64,000 bases of DNA from Hamiltosporidium tvaerminnensis FI-OER-3-3 (GCA_022605425.2 CM061247.1:868001-932000); one strand, 5' to 3'. Shown: positions 25,000-38,990, numbered from the stretch's first letter. The notes: generated by a model not told the origin, from the letters alone. Numbers and translations: made by a program.

Positions 25000-26030
25000 A
25001 TTGCATACAAGATTATTTTTCCTGCTTATTTCTGCTTGCTCAATTCTACTGTTCATCGAATTTAGGTGTTTGTCTTTTATAATCGAATTGTTCTATCCTT
25101 TAAGTTATTGGTCTAATTGCAGTGTTTTTGACAGACTTTTGAACTAGAAATTTCGGTATTTGTTTGCTTAACATCTTCTTCCTCAAAGGAATCAGTAGTT
25201 GTGAGCGTATGTGTTGCTATGTCTTTTCACTCCTTACCTTAAATCCTGCTATGCCTTTTCTAGGCACTCATCCAAAGTTGGTCTTGACTCCAAACTACTC
25301 CGTTCATCATGAAATATGTCTTATTGTTTTATATGCACTGTGCTGAATATACCTCATTTTTATAGATATTTAAATCTTATAAAATATTTTTCTTGTTCTT
25401 AAGTTAAATATGATTTCTGGTTATCTGATATGAGATTATCTCTGCATCAAGCTCATTAAAATGACCAAGTAGTGGGTAAATAAGCCGTATTTCCTCAACT
25501 TTGTTCTTCAAATTTTTTTAAGCGATTTTTTTGAAGTAATTTCGACCTCAAGAAGTATGATATGTTTAATATTATGTCCAAATAAAAATACAATATATTA
25601 TTCAGTGTTTGAATTCGGTATTTATCGGATGTTTACCCTTATTCTGCATATTTATTTGCAAGGATTTCCTTAAACTATTTGGCATTTGATCTGTCTTAAA
25701 AAAACAAGCTTAAAACTATTAAGAAACTGTAGTTGTAAAAATAAAAGGCCTAGGTATGCAACCATTGTAGTCAAGCCTGTGATTTTTGTTCAAATCATGT
25801 TGTCAAATGTTCCCTTTTTTCGAAAATTTTCATAACCCTGGCATCTTCTTTCTGATACTAATATATTTTCATCTTGAATGTCTCAGAAGATTGCTTCCTA
25901 ATTGAGGCGATATTCTATTATAAAGCCATTTTTTGGAATGCTTACCCCATACCAACTCTTTATTTCTTGCTTCATATAACTCGGAATGTAATTTCCTAGT
26001 TTTATATTATAATATATGAAATGCCTCGTT
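25000..26030 (-). mobile_element. Degenerate RT-REL-like retroelement fossil
   Basis: Minus strand remnants of HL*QHD and IILLEVEIT resemble the CCHC/REL region; no long ORF. Confidence 0.4.
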
Positions 26031-26284
26031 CAGTTCCACCTAAAACTTCCCCCTAATTTCTTTCACAGTTAAAAATTATAATTAAAGTATTAAAAAATTT
26101 TTAATTTTCCATCAATTTCTAGGACAAAAAAAGCCGAGCTTGAATTTTTTTAATAAATTTTTTTTGAAAGATTTATCCTATCAAATCCTTGTTTTATTTC
26201 GTATTATAAAATTTAATTCTATAAAATTTTTAAAAAGAAAGAAATTTTGATTAATCCTTATTCCTTGTGACCCATAAAAATATT

Positions 26285-27628
26285 ATGAGAGAGATAATAA
26301 CTATTCAAGTAGGACAGTGTGGTAATCAAATTGGACACGAATTCTGGAAAAAAATTTCAAATGAACATAAAATTGATTTAGATGATAACGAATGCAATGA
26401 TAAGAAATCTACATTTTTTTATCAATCAGACAGTGGAAGATACATTCCTAGATGTGTTCTGATTGATTTGGAGCCGCGTGTAGTGAATTCTTTAACAGAA
26501 TCAGCCCTTTTTAATCATGAAAATATATATCTGTCCAATGAAGGTGGTGGTGCTGGAAATAATTGGGCTCATGGGTATTCATCTGGAAATAAAAGCAAAT
26601 CTACTGTTTTGGATATCATACAACGAGAAGCGGAAAATTCTGATTCTTTTGAATCTTTTTTACTTTTTCATTCTACCGCAGGCGGTACTGGCTCGGGATT
26701 TGGATCTTTGCTTTTAGAAGAATTAAAAGACAATTTCCCTAAAAAAAATCTTTCAACCTATTCTATTTTTCCTAATCAAGATGAAGGATCGGATGTGGTC
26801 GTCCAACCGTATAACACGGTTTTGACAATGGAACGTTTGATTAAGCATAGTAACATGTCTATTCTAATGGAAAATGGCTCGCTTCAACGAGCAATGGGAG
26901 AATCTATAATGGACAGACATTCGGAGAAAAGAATGAGTAGCAGTTTTCAAGAAAGTAAAATTGATGAATCTGTGAAGAATAATACACCATTCTTATTTTC
27001 ATCCTTTTCACATATCAATACTTTGATCGCTACTGTTATATCTGAATCGACATCTACATTAAGATTTCCTACATATTTGTATTCGGATCATCGATCCATT
27101 ATCAACACGCTTTGTCCTTTACCTTCTCTTAATTTTGTAATTCCGTCTTTTACACCGTTTATCGTTGAGGACTATTTTAAAATTTCAAGAAAAACCAGCT
27201 GCTTAGATGTTATGAGTAGACTTTTAATGGAAAAATATAGAATGATAGGAACAAATGGAAGTATAATTTCTTCTTTAAATATATTAAGTAATGTATGTCC
27301 TTTGGAAGTACAAAGAGGATTTATCAGAGTCATGGAAAGGAATTCTGTAAATTTTGTACCTTGGAAAATACCAGGATATCACGTGGTAATTTCGGGTCAA
27401 AACAAGAAAAATATTTGTGGATTGGGGTTAAATAATATAACTGGAATCGCAAGTTATTTTAGAAAAATTACTAATCAATATGATAAGCTTAGAAAGAAAA
27501 ATGCATTTATAGACATTTATAGAAAATTTAATGAAGATTTAAATATATTTGATCAAGCTCGGGAAACTGTCGAAAATGCTATTCAAGAATACGAAAAAAG
27601 TGAACTTTCTAGCTATATCAATCAATAG
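26285..27628 (+). CDS. TUBG1: Gamma-tubulin (start at MREII, 26285)
   Basis: MREIITIQVGQCGNQIG, DLEPRV, GGGAGNNWAHGY, HSTAGGTGSG, SDVVVQPYN, TLRFPTY, QYDKLRKKNAF; CCC at 26271-26273. Confidence 0.95.
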   Translation: MREIITIQVGQCGNQIGHEFWKKISNEHKIDLDDNECNDKKSTFFYQSDSGRYIPRCVLIDLEPRVVNSLTESALFNHENIYLSNEGGGAGNNWAHGYSSGNKSKSTVLDIIQREAENSDSFESFLLFHSTAGGTGSGFGSLLLEELKDNFPKKNLSTYSIFPNQDEGSDVVVQPYNTVLTMERLIKHSNMSILMENGSLQRAMGESIMDRHSEKRMSSSFQESKIDESVKNNTPFLFSSFSHINTLIATVISESTSTLRFPTYLYSDHRSIINTLCPLPSLNFVIPSFTPFIVEDYFKISRKTSCLDVMSRLLMEKYRMIGTNGSIISSLNILSNVCPLEVQRGFIRVMERNSVNFVPWKIPGYHVVISGQNKKNICGLGLNNITGIASYFRKITNQYDKLRKKNAFIDIYRKFNEDLNIFDQARETVENAIQEYEKSELSSYINQ

Positions 27629-28299
27629 CTGTATTTGGAAATAGAATCTAAACTTGAAGAATTAATTATTTAAGCAATATCTTAATTATTATAAATATTT
27701 TATATAAATGCAGTGTTTTTTAGCTTTTCTTAAATTTTATTTCTATTAAATTTTGACCTAATTTTTAAAAGTTTTTTTTTTATAAACCAAAGCTGATAAG
27801 TTAGCTAAGAATATAATATTCTATTCGGTTTTGAAAATCAGCAAAATCAATTTGTTTTTCTAAAATTCAATTTACGAAATGAAAAGATATAATTATAAGA
27901 GAAATCACATATTTGGATGTTTATATTTGAGTATATATGTATAATCTTGCTGTTTTTTTGAAATATTCACATTAATTTTGTTTTAAGTATTAATGCGACG
28001 AATATTTTTAAAATTAATTTGCTTTTTATTAGCAACGGAATATATAGAATAAAAATTATGGAAATAACAAGTGAATACATCATTCTAAGAATAAAAAAAT
28101 TCTTAAAATATATTTGATATTAACTTTTTGGTTGAATTGAAATAATTAGACCTTTTAAAAGAGCTTTAAATCGACTTAATTTCCAATAAGTTACTTTTAT
28201 CAAGTATTTCAAAGAAAAAGATTAATTAGATTTCCCATCAATTTTCATCATTAAGTATTAATATTTAAAATTAAAACATAAATTTCACAGAAAATAAAA

Positions 28300-29400
28300 T
28301 ATAATTGAATATTAGGTGGTATATAAATAGTGCTGCTTCATTCAAACCCTTTTAGTGTTTTTTTCATTCGTATTTTTTAATTATATCTCTTTCCCTTTCG
28401 AATCAATAAAATCGATGGTCTTATCTATATTCATAATCCCGTAGTTTTTAAGTTTGATAGTCTAAAATATTTCTTATCATTCATATGTATTTGTAACAAG
28501 GGTATGTGTTCTTCGTGAAATTATGCTTCATATATTTTATATCCAGATACACGCCAGTCTCTTTGGAAATTGTTTTTAACCAAACGTTCTTTATTGATTG
28601 AACCAAATAATACTACATCTGTTTGAAATACTACTAACTGAGTGTTTGCTTCTATTCCAAATAGTATTATGTGCATCATGAGACAAATTCTATGATATTC
28701 AGTTACAATATAATATTAGATTAATCTTAAACTAATTCCTTAATAAGACATAATATTTCGGCTTATAAATTGTATTTTATAAGGTATTCTTTTTAACCAT
28801 CTGAAGCAAAACTTATAAAGTCTGCCAACTCCAATTGTTCGAATCTTAATTGTTTTTTTTTCAAAATGCATTTTCGGTCTTTTTTTTGGAATTTCGACAG
28901 CTGTTCTTACCGGGTTTCTATTTTTATTTCCGCATAGTCATTTAAAGATTTCTGGAACCGAAGACTTGTAATTCGCTTTGAAACTTATGACTTTATACGG
29001 CAAAAAATGTCGATTTAGACACTAACATCACCATTTTGCAATAAGTATAATTCATCCCAAAATTTTTTTAGTTGATTCACTGATTTTGCTCGCATTTCTA
29101 GCTATTTAGGACTCTTGATATTAGCCTTCTGCATCCCAAGATACATTTCTGTTCTGAGGACAAATATATTTTCCCTGAGGAGTGGCTCAAATTATTTCTT
29201 AAAGAGTTCCAGAAATAATAAACGCTCAAATCTATTTCTGGTATTTAATAGCTTTAAGTGTACGTTTTGACTTTCTATTTTGATATGGTAGTTTTGCAGT
29301 TCTTTTTTTATGAATTTCTCTCATTATTACTTGTTCGAACCCGTTTTTTTCATTTAGAAAGCCTCTATTACATATAGACGTGTTTTATTATAATTTTAAA
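28300..29400 (-). mobile_element. Degenerate RT-REL-like fossil of a related family
   Basis: Minus strand remnants RNVSW and HSVSSI resemble RNVFW and HSVQEI of the young family. Confidence 0.35.
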
Positions 29401-29546
29401 TGTTAAAAGCTTCGCTCCTCTGATAAATAATATTTCATTCTTTTCGGAAAATTAAAATTAAACAAAAAAATATGTGCAATTTATAGGGTTTTTCGATCAA
29501 TATAATAATCCTTGCAATCAATATAATAATCCTTACAATAAATATA

Positions 29547-32500
29547 ATTTATTTAATAAAATTCTGGGTTAAAATATTTTTACCATTTTTAGATGTTTTC
29601 TTCTACCTCTTTAACCACTGCTGTCTCTTCTTCCAAATCCGACTCTTCATTTATGTTATTGGTCGGTTCCTCTAAAGTGGTTCCTCCTTTTGAAATAAAG
29701 GGGTTCTTTATTTTTTGCTTTAAAATTTTTTGCACCATCTTCCTCTTTCTTCGTTTCTTTTAAAGGGGGTGTTGGTTCCTCATGCATCTCTGTTCTCATA
29801 ATAACACCCATCGAGGCTCTCTCCCAGCTCTCTTCGGCATTTAGTTCTGACTCAAGTCCTCTTTGTCGATCAAAGGAAATTGTTTCGACTGTCTTCTTAA
29901 GTACTATAGACTGAATGTATGCTTCTACATTCATGGGTATTTCTAGTCTTTTAAGATGAGATTTATGGTATTTTGTCACAATACCGTCCCAGGTCATCAC
30001 ATAAGGGATTATCTCAACACTAAACTTTTAAATAAGACCCAACTCTTTGGCTAGCATTTCATACTTCCTAAGTTTTTCAGTTTCAACTATTTGAAGTGAA
30101 TCTTGGGAAGTGATTCCTACTTAAATGAGTGTTATCTTATTCTTCTTCTTATCTAAAATAAATATGTCGGGTCTGTTATTCCGAATTTTAACATCAGTTT
30201 TTATTCTGGTATCCACTCTTATTACTGCATACTAATCATGAAGAGTTTCCTGAACTGAGTGACTTCAAATTCGTTTTGAGGACTTAAACTTATATCTATT
30301 TAGGAAAAGTAAGTATAGGCACCTAACCACTTCATTATGCCGTCTGGTGTAGTCATGGCCTAACATTTTTTCACATCGAGTTGCTAAATGATCTACAGTC
30401 TTACCAGATTTATTGCAGCGTTGGCACACACAATCTGCTCCCCAGAATACATTTCTATCCTGGATATAGCAGAATAAAGCTTCATTTCGTGGCCTATTAT
30501 TTCTCTCTTTAACCACCTTGAAGAGTCACTAACACTCACAAGCTCATTTTTCCTTGCATTATATAACTTTGAATGTAGTTTTCGTTTTTCTATTTCGTTA
30601 TATAGTTTTGCAAGTTGAGCTTCTTCTAAACTTTTCTTAGTGACTTCTTCTACCAACCTGTACTTTACTTTTAAGAAGCCTTTTATAGTGCAAGATGGGT
30701 TTTATTATTATTCTCCACCTTGAAAATTGCTGCTCGTCTAGTTGATATTGCTTTACTTTTTTCCATACAATCATCGAGTTGCAGAAGCATATGTTCGCTT
30801 CGCAACTCAACACTATGTAGGCCTCTTCCAAGTTCTGTTCTAGGAAGATACAACCGCTCTTTACATCCTGGGCAAAGATGTATCTTATTCTTTACCAACA
30901 CCGCACGCACTGCATCATCTAACTTAGAGAAGTCAGCCGGTTCAAGTCGAAGTACTCCTATGTCGTAGTTGATTAACGATATCGCATGTTGATTGACTGC
31001 AGAAAATAAATTTTTTGCATTTAATCTAGTGTGACAAAGTCTTTCAACTCTTGATATAAGTTTGCTTTGTACTTCTTCAAATTAGCTACGTGTTGGGATT
31101 CCTCTGCTATCTTCTATTATTCCTAAATATTTGTAAACACTAACACCTTCTAGAAGAGTAGCAGTATCTTCACAACACGTATCATTTGTGGCTGACTTCT
31201 CTTTGTTAATCTCTAAGCCAATCACCTCTAAAAATTCCTTTGCCTCGCCTGTCATAGCACTCAATGTGGAGCTGTCTTTTGCAAGGAGCTTAAGATCATC
31301 AATAAACAAGAGATGATTAGTAGAATGGGATTCTGCATCTGTTTTTAGAGTCACTTTTGTGTATTTTTCATTTAGCTTTCGGCTTAAAGGATCCATACAC
31401 AACACAAATAACAAAAGTGACAGACTATCTCCTTGTAGAATCCCTCTATCAATCTTCTTGCTCATGATTTTTTCAGGCCCTACTGATATTTCAAATTTCC
31501 ATTTTGATATAATTATCTTAATAAATTTCAGGATCCAATCAGGTAAATTAAGGTTTTCAATGCATTGAGTCAAATAAGCGTGGTCTATTGAATCATAAGC
31601 TTTTTTAACATCAATCCATGTTGCCTTAAGATTGTTTCCGTACTCTTTATTTTGGGCAATATTCTGTAGAGCCTGCTCTTTCGCTCCCTGCACACCTCTA
31701 ATTGCTCCCAACTGGTTCTCCGCAAGCAACCCTCGCCTTTCCACTTCAAGTTGAACGACCTTCGTTACACACTTAGTCGTTTACTTGTAGAGGTTGGACA
31801 TACAAGTGATTGGCCTGTAGTCAGAGCCTCTTTGTGGACTTCCTTTGGGTATCAAATAGGTAAGCCCGCAGTAAAACTAATCAGCTTGAGGTGTTCCTTC
31901 TAAACATATAACTTTCACAATATCATAAAGATATTTGTAAAGAGTTAAAAGTTTCTTAATGAAAAGAATCATAATATTATCCCTTCAAGCAGCTTTCCAA
32001 TTAGGAAGCCAATTAATGATATTTACAAATTCATCAAGTGAAAGAAACATGTCAGATGATTATCTGATACAAATCGAATCAAATAATCATTATACGTGAC
32101 TGTCTCATCATTTTGGTTCCACATTGTAGACCAAAATTCTGAAATTTCGTCACGATAAACCACATGCTCGGATTCTACACGCTCAGATAACCCACGATAA
32201 AATCGACCCTGGAAAAGCTTAAACATACGATTCTCTTTTCGGAATTGCTTCCTACTTTCATGCATCGTTATTTTTTTCTCGTAAACATTCAAAGACTCAT
32301 TCTTCTTAACTAAAGCCACAGAAAGATCAGTTACACTTCTCAAATTGAAATTAAACTCTCGCATGACTTTCTTAGGCTTTTCGTTTCCGAAATTGAAAGC
32401 TTTTCTTGCTTATGAGGCTTCTCGAGAAGATCTTTGGAAAGTACTAACTTAGAAATTTTACTTCCTATGTTTCCTTACAAGCAGATCTAGGCTTCTCTTT

Positions 32501-33359
32501 ACGTGTTGCCTCGTCATAGCATACCTCTGCAGCTTGCATGATATACGCGGCTTCCGTAATTGACTCAGGTACATGAGCTCCTGCATATTCACCGACTACT
32601 CGGTTAATGAGATCTAAAACTTTACTATCAACCTATTCATTTGTATGTTTTCTAGTTCGGATTACCACTTTTCCAATTTTCTTCTCCCATATTTCTTGGA
32701 TTTTACTCAAAAATTTATCTCTCAGGTTTATGTACTCCGTGTTGTCGGTTAGAGTGCATGTATTAGTGAGGCAAGTGGCTATGCTATGTAGTTCTCTAGC
32801 CTTTTCTATTATTTCTTCCTTTCCCATCTCACTTTGGGCTAATTTTTTTTAACACTTCGAGAGTTTCAGCGTAGCCGAATTTCTCATTATAATACCTGTG
32901 AAGCTCTCTTCAGCAGTTTCTTGGCATTCTTTCAAACCTTGTTAGTACTTCAAAAAAAATAATTCGAGGCCATTCCTTCGGGGCGGCTGTTACGGAATCG
33001 AATATCGTTTGCAATGCCATTAGCCTGTTACCTTCCGGAATAGCTAGAGTACAAAGGCTTGTCCTGTCGTACGATGGCTCGCACGCAGAGACTTCAACCG
33101 AAGAGGGAACTAGTTTATTAGGCGAAGGTAAGGTGTCAAGCCCACTATTTTGCATTTTACTGCATGTTTGGCTTGGTGGTGGAGGTGTTATTGTTAGGTA
33201 GGAGGAGGAAGGTAGAGAAATCGCCGGTGGGTCTAGCCCACATTTTTGTTTGCCACTATCACTTTTCTTCACCTCAAGAGCGTCGTTTTCAGCCTTTTTT
33301 TAGTATTTTTTGATATTTCGCTGCTAACGTTTTTCTTTCTACCCATTTATTTATTAAAA
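29547..33359 (-). mobile_element. Full-length, frameshifted RT-REL retrotransposon (copy C)
   Basis: ATG at 33346 (MGRKK). Fragmented ORFs 32910-33272, 32023-32364, 31082-31744 (intact FIDD), 30683-30910, 30265-30656, 29656-30000. 3' end AACCCAGAATTTTATTAAATAAAT. Confidence 0.95.
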
Positions 33360-33876
33360 CAAAAAAATATAGATAAATCATACAAATGGAATTGCAATTA
33401 TAGATAATTTAGGCCTGGATTTGTAGTACGAAGAAGATTCATAGCGTTTTTCTTATTTTTTTTAATATCTTATTCAAAAAAATTAAAATGAAATAGCAAA
33501 AAAATAGATGCCACAATTATTACTAATGAGCTTGATGTACTTGGGCTTTTCAGTGATTATTTTTTTAAATTTTGGGTTCAATTTACTAGTAAAAACTATT
33601 AGTAACGACTTCAAACGCTTATCTGTTAATTTAGATCTGTAAATATTTTTTAATATTTCAGTTCAGATTATGTTTCTTCGCACAGATAGGTGGAGCGGAA
33701 TGTGGAAATAAAACCTGGAACAAATTTATGAACGCCGTTGAATTGCGTGACAGGAAGACTCTTATAAATTTCAGTAATTTATTTGTCTATTTTTAGAAAT
33801 AAATACCATTAATATACATATTTTGTTTTTATGGACATCTATATGAAACTTTAAAAATTTGATTTAAAAATTTTAA
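33360..33876 (-). mobile_element. hAT (GTF2IRD2/Buster-type) transposase C-terminus and 3' flank, fossil
   Basis: Minus strand reads FISTFRSTYLCEET..KNIYRSKLTDKRLKSLL..TSKLNP..QVHQAH* (hAT dimerisation domain); aligns with 47150-47603 and 51575-51650. Confidence 0.85.
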
Positions 33877-36167
33877 CCGTTTGACTGCTACGCGGCGCGA
33901 ATGCGCTTCGTTCATTTGTCTCGAAAACAGCGACGCAGCGCTTTCGCGCTGCCAGTCACAGTGTGTCTTTTTGCTCCGTGGAATTGAACGTAGTCTGACC
34001 TCGCGAGTACTTTGTAACACGAGTGTATTCTAAACTAACTTTTTACCGTTTTTATATATTATTTAAAAAATATAACCATGTCACGGACTATTATTTCGGA
34101 CATTGATTCGATTGCTAGCGATTCTGAGGATGGTGAAATTGGTGGTGACACAAGTAGTGATGATAGCATTATTATAACTCATCGAAGAAAAAGACTGAGG
34201 ATTGAAAGTGAGTCTTCTATCTCATCTTCATCTTCAGAAGCAGAGGAAACACCAACTTTTACGAATATTCCTCCGACTAATGTGTTTTCCAAAGCAACAA
34301 ATAATTTTTTCGAGACTCCTGGACCTAGATGTGCGCCTCCCCCCGATGCTTCACCGGTAACATATTTCAATTTATTTTTTACCACATCACTCCTTGAAAC
34401 CATTGTAAGGGAAACAAATCGATATGCTACCCAGTTTTTTGCCTCGCACACTGTTTTGAATAATTCTCGAGCAAAAAAGTGGACGCCGACAACGATATAC
34501 GAAATCAAAGCCTTTGTTGCAGTCTTACTCGAAATGGGGATTACGAGAAGGCCAACAATTGATAGTTATTGGGCAACAGGCTCCCGGCAATTACCATGGT
34601 TTAGGACAATGTTTTCAAGGGATAGGTTTCAACTGATTTTGAAGTTTTTTCACTTGATTGACAATACGTCATTATTTGAATCAGGACATCCGAATTATGA
34701 CCCATGCGGCAGATTTGATATGCTTGTCAAACATGCAAATACTGTATTTCAGCGGCATTATATACCAAATCAACAATTATCTATCGACGAGTCGTTAGTT
34801 GGTACTCACTGTCATTCTGCCATAAAACAATACATCCCAAACAAAAAACACCATAAATGGGGGATAAAATTTTGGATGTTGTGCGACTCGATTTCTAAAT
34901 ATTGCTTGGGTTTTTTTTGCTACAAAGGAGCTAAAAATACAGATGACAGAGATTTAGTACAAAAATATGGCCTTGGATTTACGGTTTCGCGAAAATTGCT
35001 TTCAACTGGCAATTATCTGTTCAAGGGCTATCATCTGTTTACAGATAATTTTTACACAAGCTTACGCTTGGCCAAAGCCCTTTTTGAAACAAAATACTTA
35101 TCTAACTGGAACAATTAGACGTAACAGAAAAGAGATTCCTCCAGAAGCTAAGAAAGCAATCGTAGGAGAAGCGAAATACATGGCACATGAAAATGTATTG
35201 ATGTGATCTTTCAGGGACAAAAAGTCCAAACCAAACCCAGTCATACTGATTTCATCAAATTCGGATACTAATAGTGTGACGATCAAGAAAAAGAAAAGGA
35301 ATTTTGAATACGAAAAGATGAAACCAAGCATGATCCATGACTACAATAAATACATGGGTGGTGTGGACGAGTGCGACAAAATGCTATACGTGTATTTAGA
35401 CGAGCGAAGAACCCTCAAGTATTGGAAGAAAGTAGTATTCAACGTATTCGGAAGAATGGTGCTGAACTCATATATTTTATATGTTTCAAACACTACTGAA
35501 AAAAAAATGAACCGGTTCAAATTTACATCGAAAATTATTGACGACATCGAAAAAGAGTGGATGTACCATAAAAATAGCGTGTCAACACAACCATCTTCAT
35601 CAACTAATAAATTTGCGCTTGAAAAATTACCGGGTCGTAACTTACGACAATGTGCGGTGTGTAGCAACAGAAGGAGCGGGATCAAGCGATCCCACCTTAT
35701 TTGCGCTTGTTGTAAAAAAGGCCTTCACGCTATTTGTGCGGCAAAAAATAGTTGTAATACATAAATTTTTTAAGTAAGAGTCAGAATTTTTCACTCTCAT
35801 GAAAACGATCCTTTACGTTCGGAAAAACACTAGGTAGTATCACATAATAATATTATTTTGTAGTACTACCTAGTGTATTATCGATAGTAATTGTTATCAT
35901 GTATCACCTAGTGCCTACGCCGGAATCATTCGAAATCATTGATTCACGTGCTGATCATAAGAGAAAATCAATAAACTTTAAGTTATCTTTTTATAAATTT
36001 TAATTTTTAACGACCACTTGTTTTTCTATGTTATCAATAACACTTGTTACATTGTAGTTGTGCGAAACAATATATAATATATATAAAAAAAAAATTGACA
36101 ACATCAATTGAAAATAAGTCCCGCAGTTTTCGTGCGTTCTTGCAATAATTGCTTAGCAGCCAAACGG
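33877..36167 (+). mobile_element. Complete piggyBac DNA transposon (2291 bp)
   Basis: TTAA at 33873-33876 and 36168-36171; TIRs CCGTTTGACTGCTA (33877-33890) and TAGCAGCCAAACGG (36154-36167), 13/14 match. Confidence 0.96.
34078..35764 (+). pseudogene. piggyBac transposase (PGBD4-like), one frameshift near 35090 and an in-frame TGA at 35204-35206
   Basis: Acidic N-terminus; SIDESLV, KWGIKFW, FTDNFYTS, TGTIRRNRK, YNKYMGGVDECD; C-terminal Cys-rich domain CAVC..CACCKKGLHAIC. Confidence 0.92.
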
Positions 36168-38990
36168 TTAAAGAAACTATATATACCTTTTAAAAATTAT
36201 ATTAAAAAGAAAGAAAACCTCTGAATCAAAACAGCTTATTTATATAACAAATAAAATATTTAAACTATCATATAAAAACCTTGCCTGTCACGATTTGATT
36301 CTAATAATAATGATTTCTTTTTAAAACAGGAACTCTTCTTCTAGATATCAAATGCCTCTTCGGAGCCATTTAGCAAAAAGCACACCAAATAAATACTTTT
36401 CCTGGCTGTTCAGCTTTAAATATAATGCATAGAATAGTGTTTTTTTTTACCAAAAATGAAATGTGATGCTATCGAAGTTCATTATATAACATATTAGATT
36501 AAAAATTTACTTATAAAAAGTGATGATTCACTACAAAAAAAGCCAAATAATAATTCTTAAGATATATCAAGCTTACGGATACAAATTTATCTTTTTTATG
36601 TAAATAACACTATAATAATTTTTTTCTCTAGACAAATTGGTAAATTTTTCAAAAACTATTGCATCAACTGAACAGATAAGCAATTTCTCTCTTGTAGTGC
36701 AACGTGATAAGTATTATAAACGACTCATATTGTATAATCGTACTGAAGAGAATCAGTGTATTCAGAAAAAATGATTTCCAGAGCACATTAAATCTATATA
36801 TAGCCTGTTTTATAGTTCCAGGAAAACTATTTTTCATATTTTACTTTTTTTTAGTGCAAAGTACGATCTTATATCGAACTATTTATAATAAAATATGAAA
36901 TTTTTCTAAAACTAAGTATATTTTGCTTTGATCTTCTAAGAATTAGCTTCGAGATTAAATATTTGTCGCAAGAACAAGATGCTTTAGATTTAATAAATTT
37001 TCAACTAATTGGTACCTTTTTATTTGTATTTCATAATTAAGTTTCCTATCTATACTATTGAGCGCTTAAAACGGTTTATAATAATTTTAATCCAAAAAAA
37101 AACGATTTTAAAAATTTATTGCAATATTTAAAGATGCTAATTTTACTTTTCGCTGTAAAAATATATAAAAAAAATCCAAAGAATAATTATGAATGGCATA
37201 AAAGTCACGATAACTTGTTTTGATTTTTTCGATCATGATATTTTTCCTACTCTTGATATGAAATTTTATAATTTGAATTTCTTGCTAAAAAGTTTAAAAC
37301 CAATCATTTTGATATAAATTTCGATATATAATGGAAAAAACAAGATTTATAAAACAAAAATTCTGTCTTACTTAATATGTGCTTTTTTTAGATTGTACGA
37401 TATTTAGTATTAAGATAAGCTTGGCATAGATTCTTTGTAGCGATTCCTTCCATTTAATTCTCTCTGTCGCATAAATATCAAAAATCACACTTTTTTTTTT
37501 TTGAACAGAATTATTTTGCCTTTTATCATCAAATTTAACATGTAAAACGTATAGTTGTTTTATTTATTTCCGCATGTATTTTTAATATATATGAATATTA
37601 TATGTAAATTTATATGAAAAAAACTGAATATTGCATTATGTTATAATTTTACGACTTCATACTTTTTAGAACACTATGAAGAGTTGTAAGTGTCTCTAAA
37701 TAAATTATAGACACAATATATCATAAAACCGAACAAAAAGAAACCTATAGTATCTAAATTTATCGATTAAACAAAATACAATTTTAAAGTTAGTACAAAC
37801 TACCAAAATTTTTGAATAAAACTCTTTTTTTTAATGTATTTCATTAGCTTTAATTTTGTTATGTTAATTTATACGCTCATAACTAACATTCTTGAAAAAT
37901 TTTAAATATTAAGGGCTTTAAACCTTTAATAATGTATTTTAAAATTTAGATTCACTTTGATACTTTATTAACTTTAAAACTTTAAATTCAAATGAAAAAT
38001 TTTCCAAACTACCTTTCAAGAAATCTTTTGATAAGTAATTGGTTTATGTTTAACATACATTTGCTTTACATTGATGGTTAGATTATGATAAATTGCTTTT
38101 GATTTCTAAAACCCTTCTCATTAAATCTTGAGAAGTTTAAACAGTTTGTTTATTTCTATGTTTGATTTTCTCGATAAATATAAATATTCTAAAACACATT
38201 AGCGCTTCAGAAAATTTCTGTGGCGTTTATAATGTGTTCTATGTATCTGGTTTCCAAAATTATGAATTTTGTAATTTCATCGATAATTCGATAAAGAAAT
38301 CCAAAGGTTTTCATAAAATTTTCTAGCAAGAAGATATATTTTTTTTCATACTTTGTGAGTCTACTTTTATGTTTTCTGCATGTATATATTTACTATGTGG
38401 TGTGATATTCAATAAACATACTTCGACCTTTAAAATTGTAACTTTACTTAAGTTTTAGTTTTAATGTCATCTAGTATTACCTTCAACTTGAATTTTGAAA
38501 TATATGGCATATAGAATGTAAAGAATGAGCTATTTCTAACCATAATGCCCATTCTGCGCTTTTCGCTTAATTTTTCTAAAGACTTGTCTTTTATTCAAGT
38601 AAGGGGGACACATTTTCTCAATTAGTCTATTCATAGAGACTTTGCATGATGATGCAGACAACAAACAGTTTTTCGTAATTATAATTGTTGAGATTGGATT
38701 ATGCATATGATTCAAGCCGCAAAACTTTCCGATAAATATGAAATACCTCGAGTAGCAGCGAGCTAGGATATATAAACTAGTTATTGCATGCCTAGCTAGG
38801 ATATTAAATATGTCGGATTTTAGGTACTAAAAAACGATTAATAACTATATTGGAAAAAATAAATTGTCTCAAAAATGAAAATTGGCAGATTACCTTTATA
38901 AATATTCTTTTATGTACTTTTTCTGTAAAAAATTGTTGTATTAAAGTAAAAAAAAACAAAAAGAATTTAAAAATTGATTTATTGTATTTA

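Noticed and set aside
26267-26284. N-terminal extension MTHKNI on gamma-tubulin
   Set aside because: It starts at GTG; the true start is ATG 26285 after the CCC motif.
35080-35206. Programmed frameshift or TGA read-through in piggyBac
   Set aside because: No recoding signal is evident, and host genes here use TGA as a stop (YIF1, ISD11); simple mutation or sequencing error is more likely.
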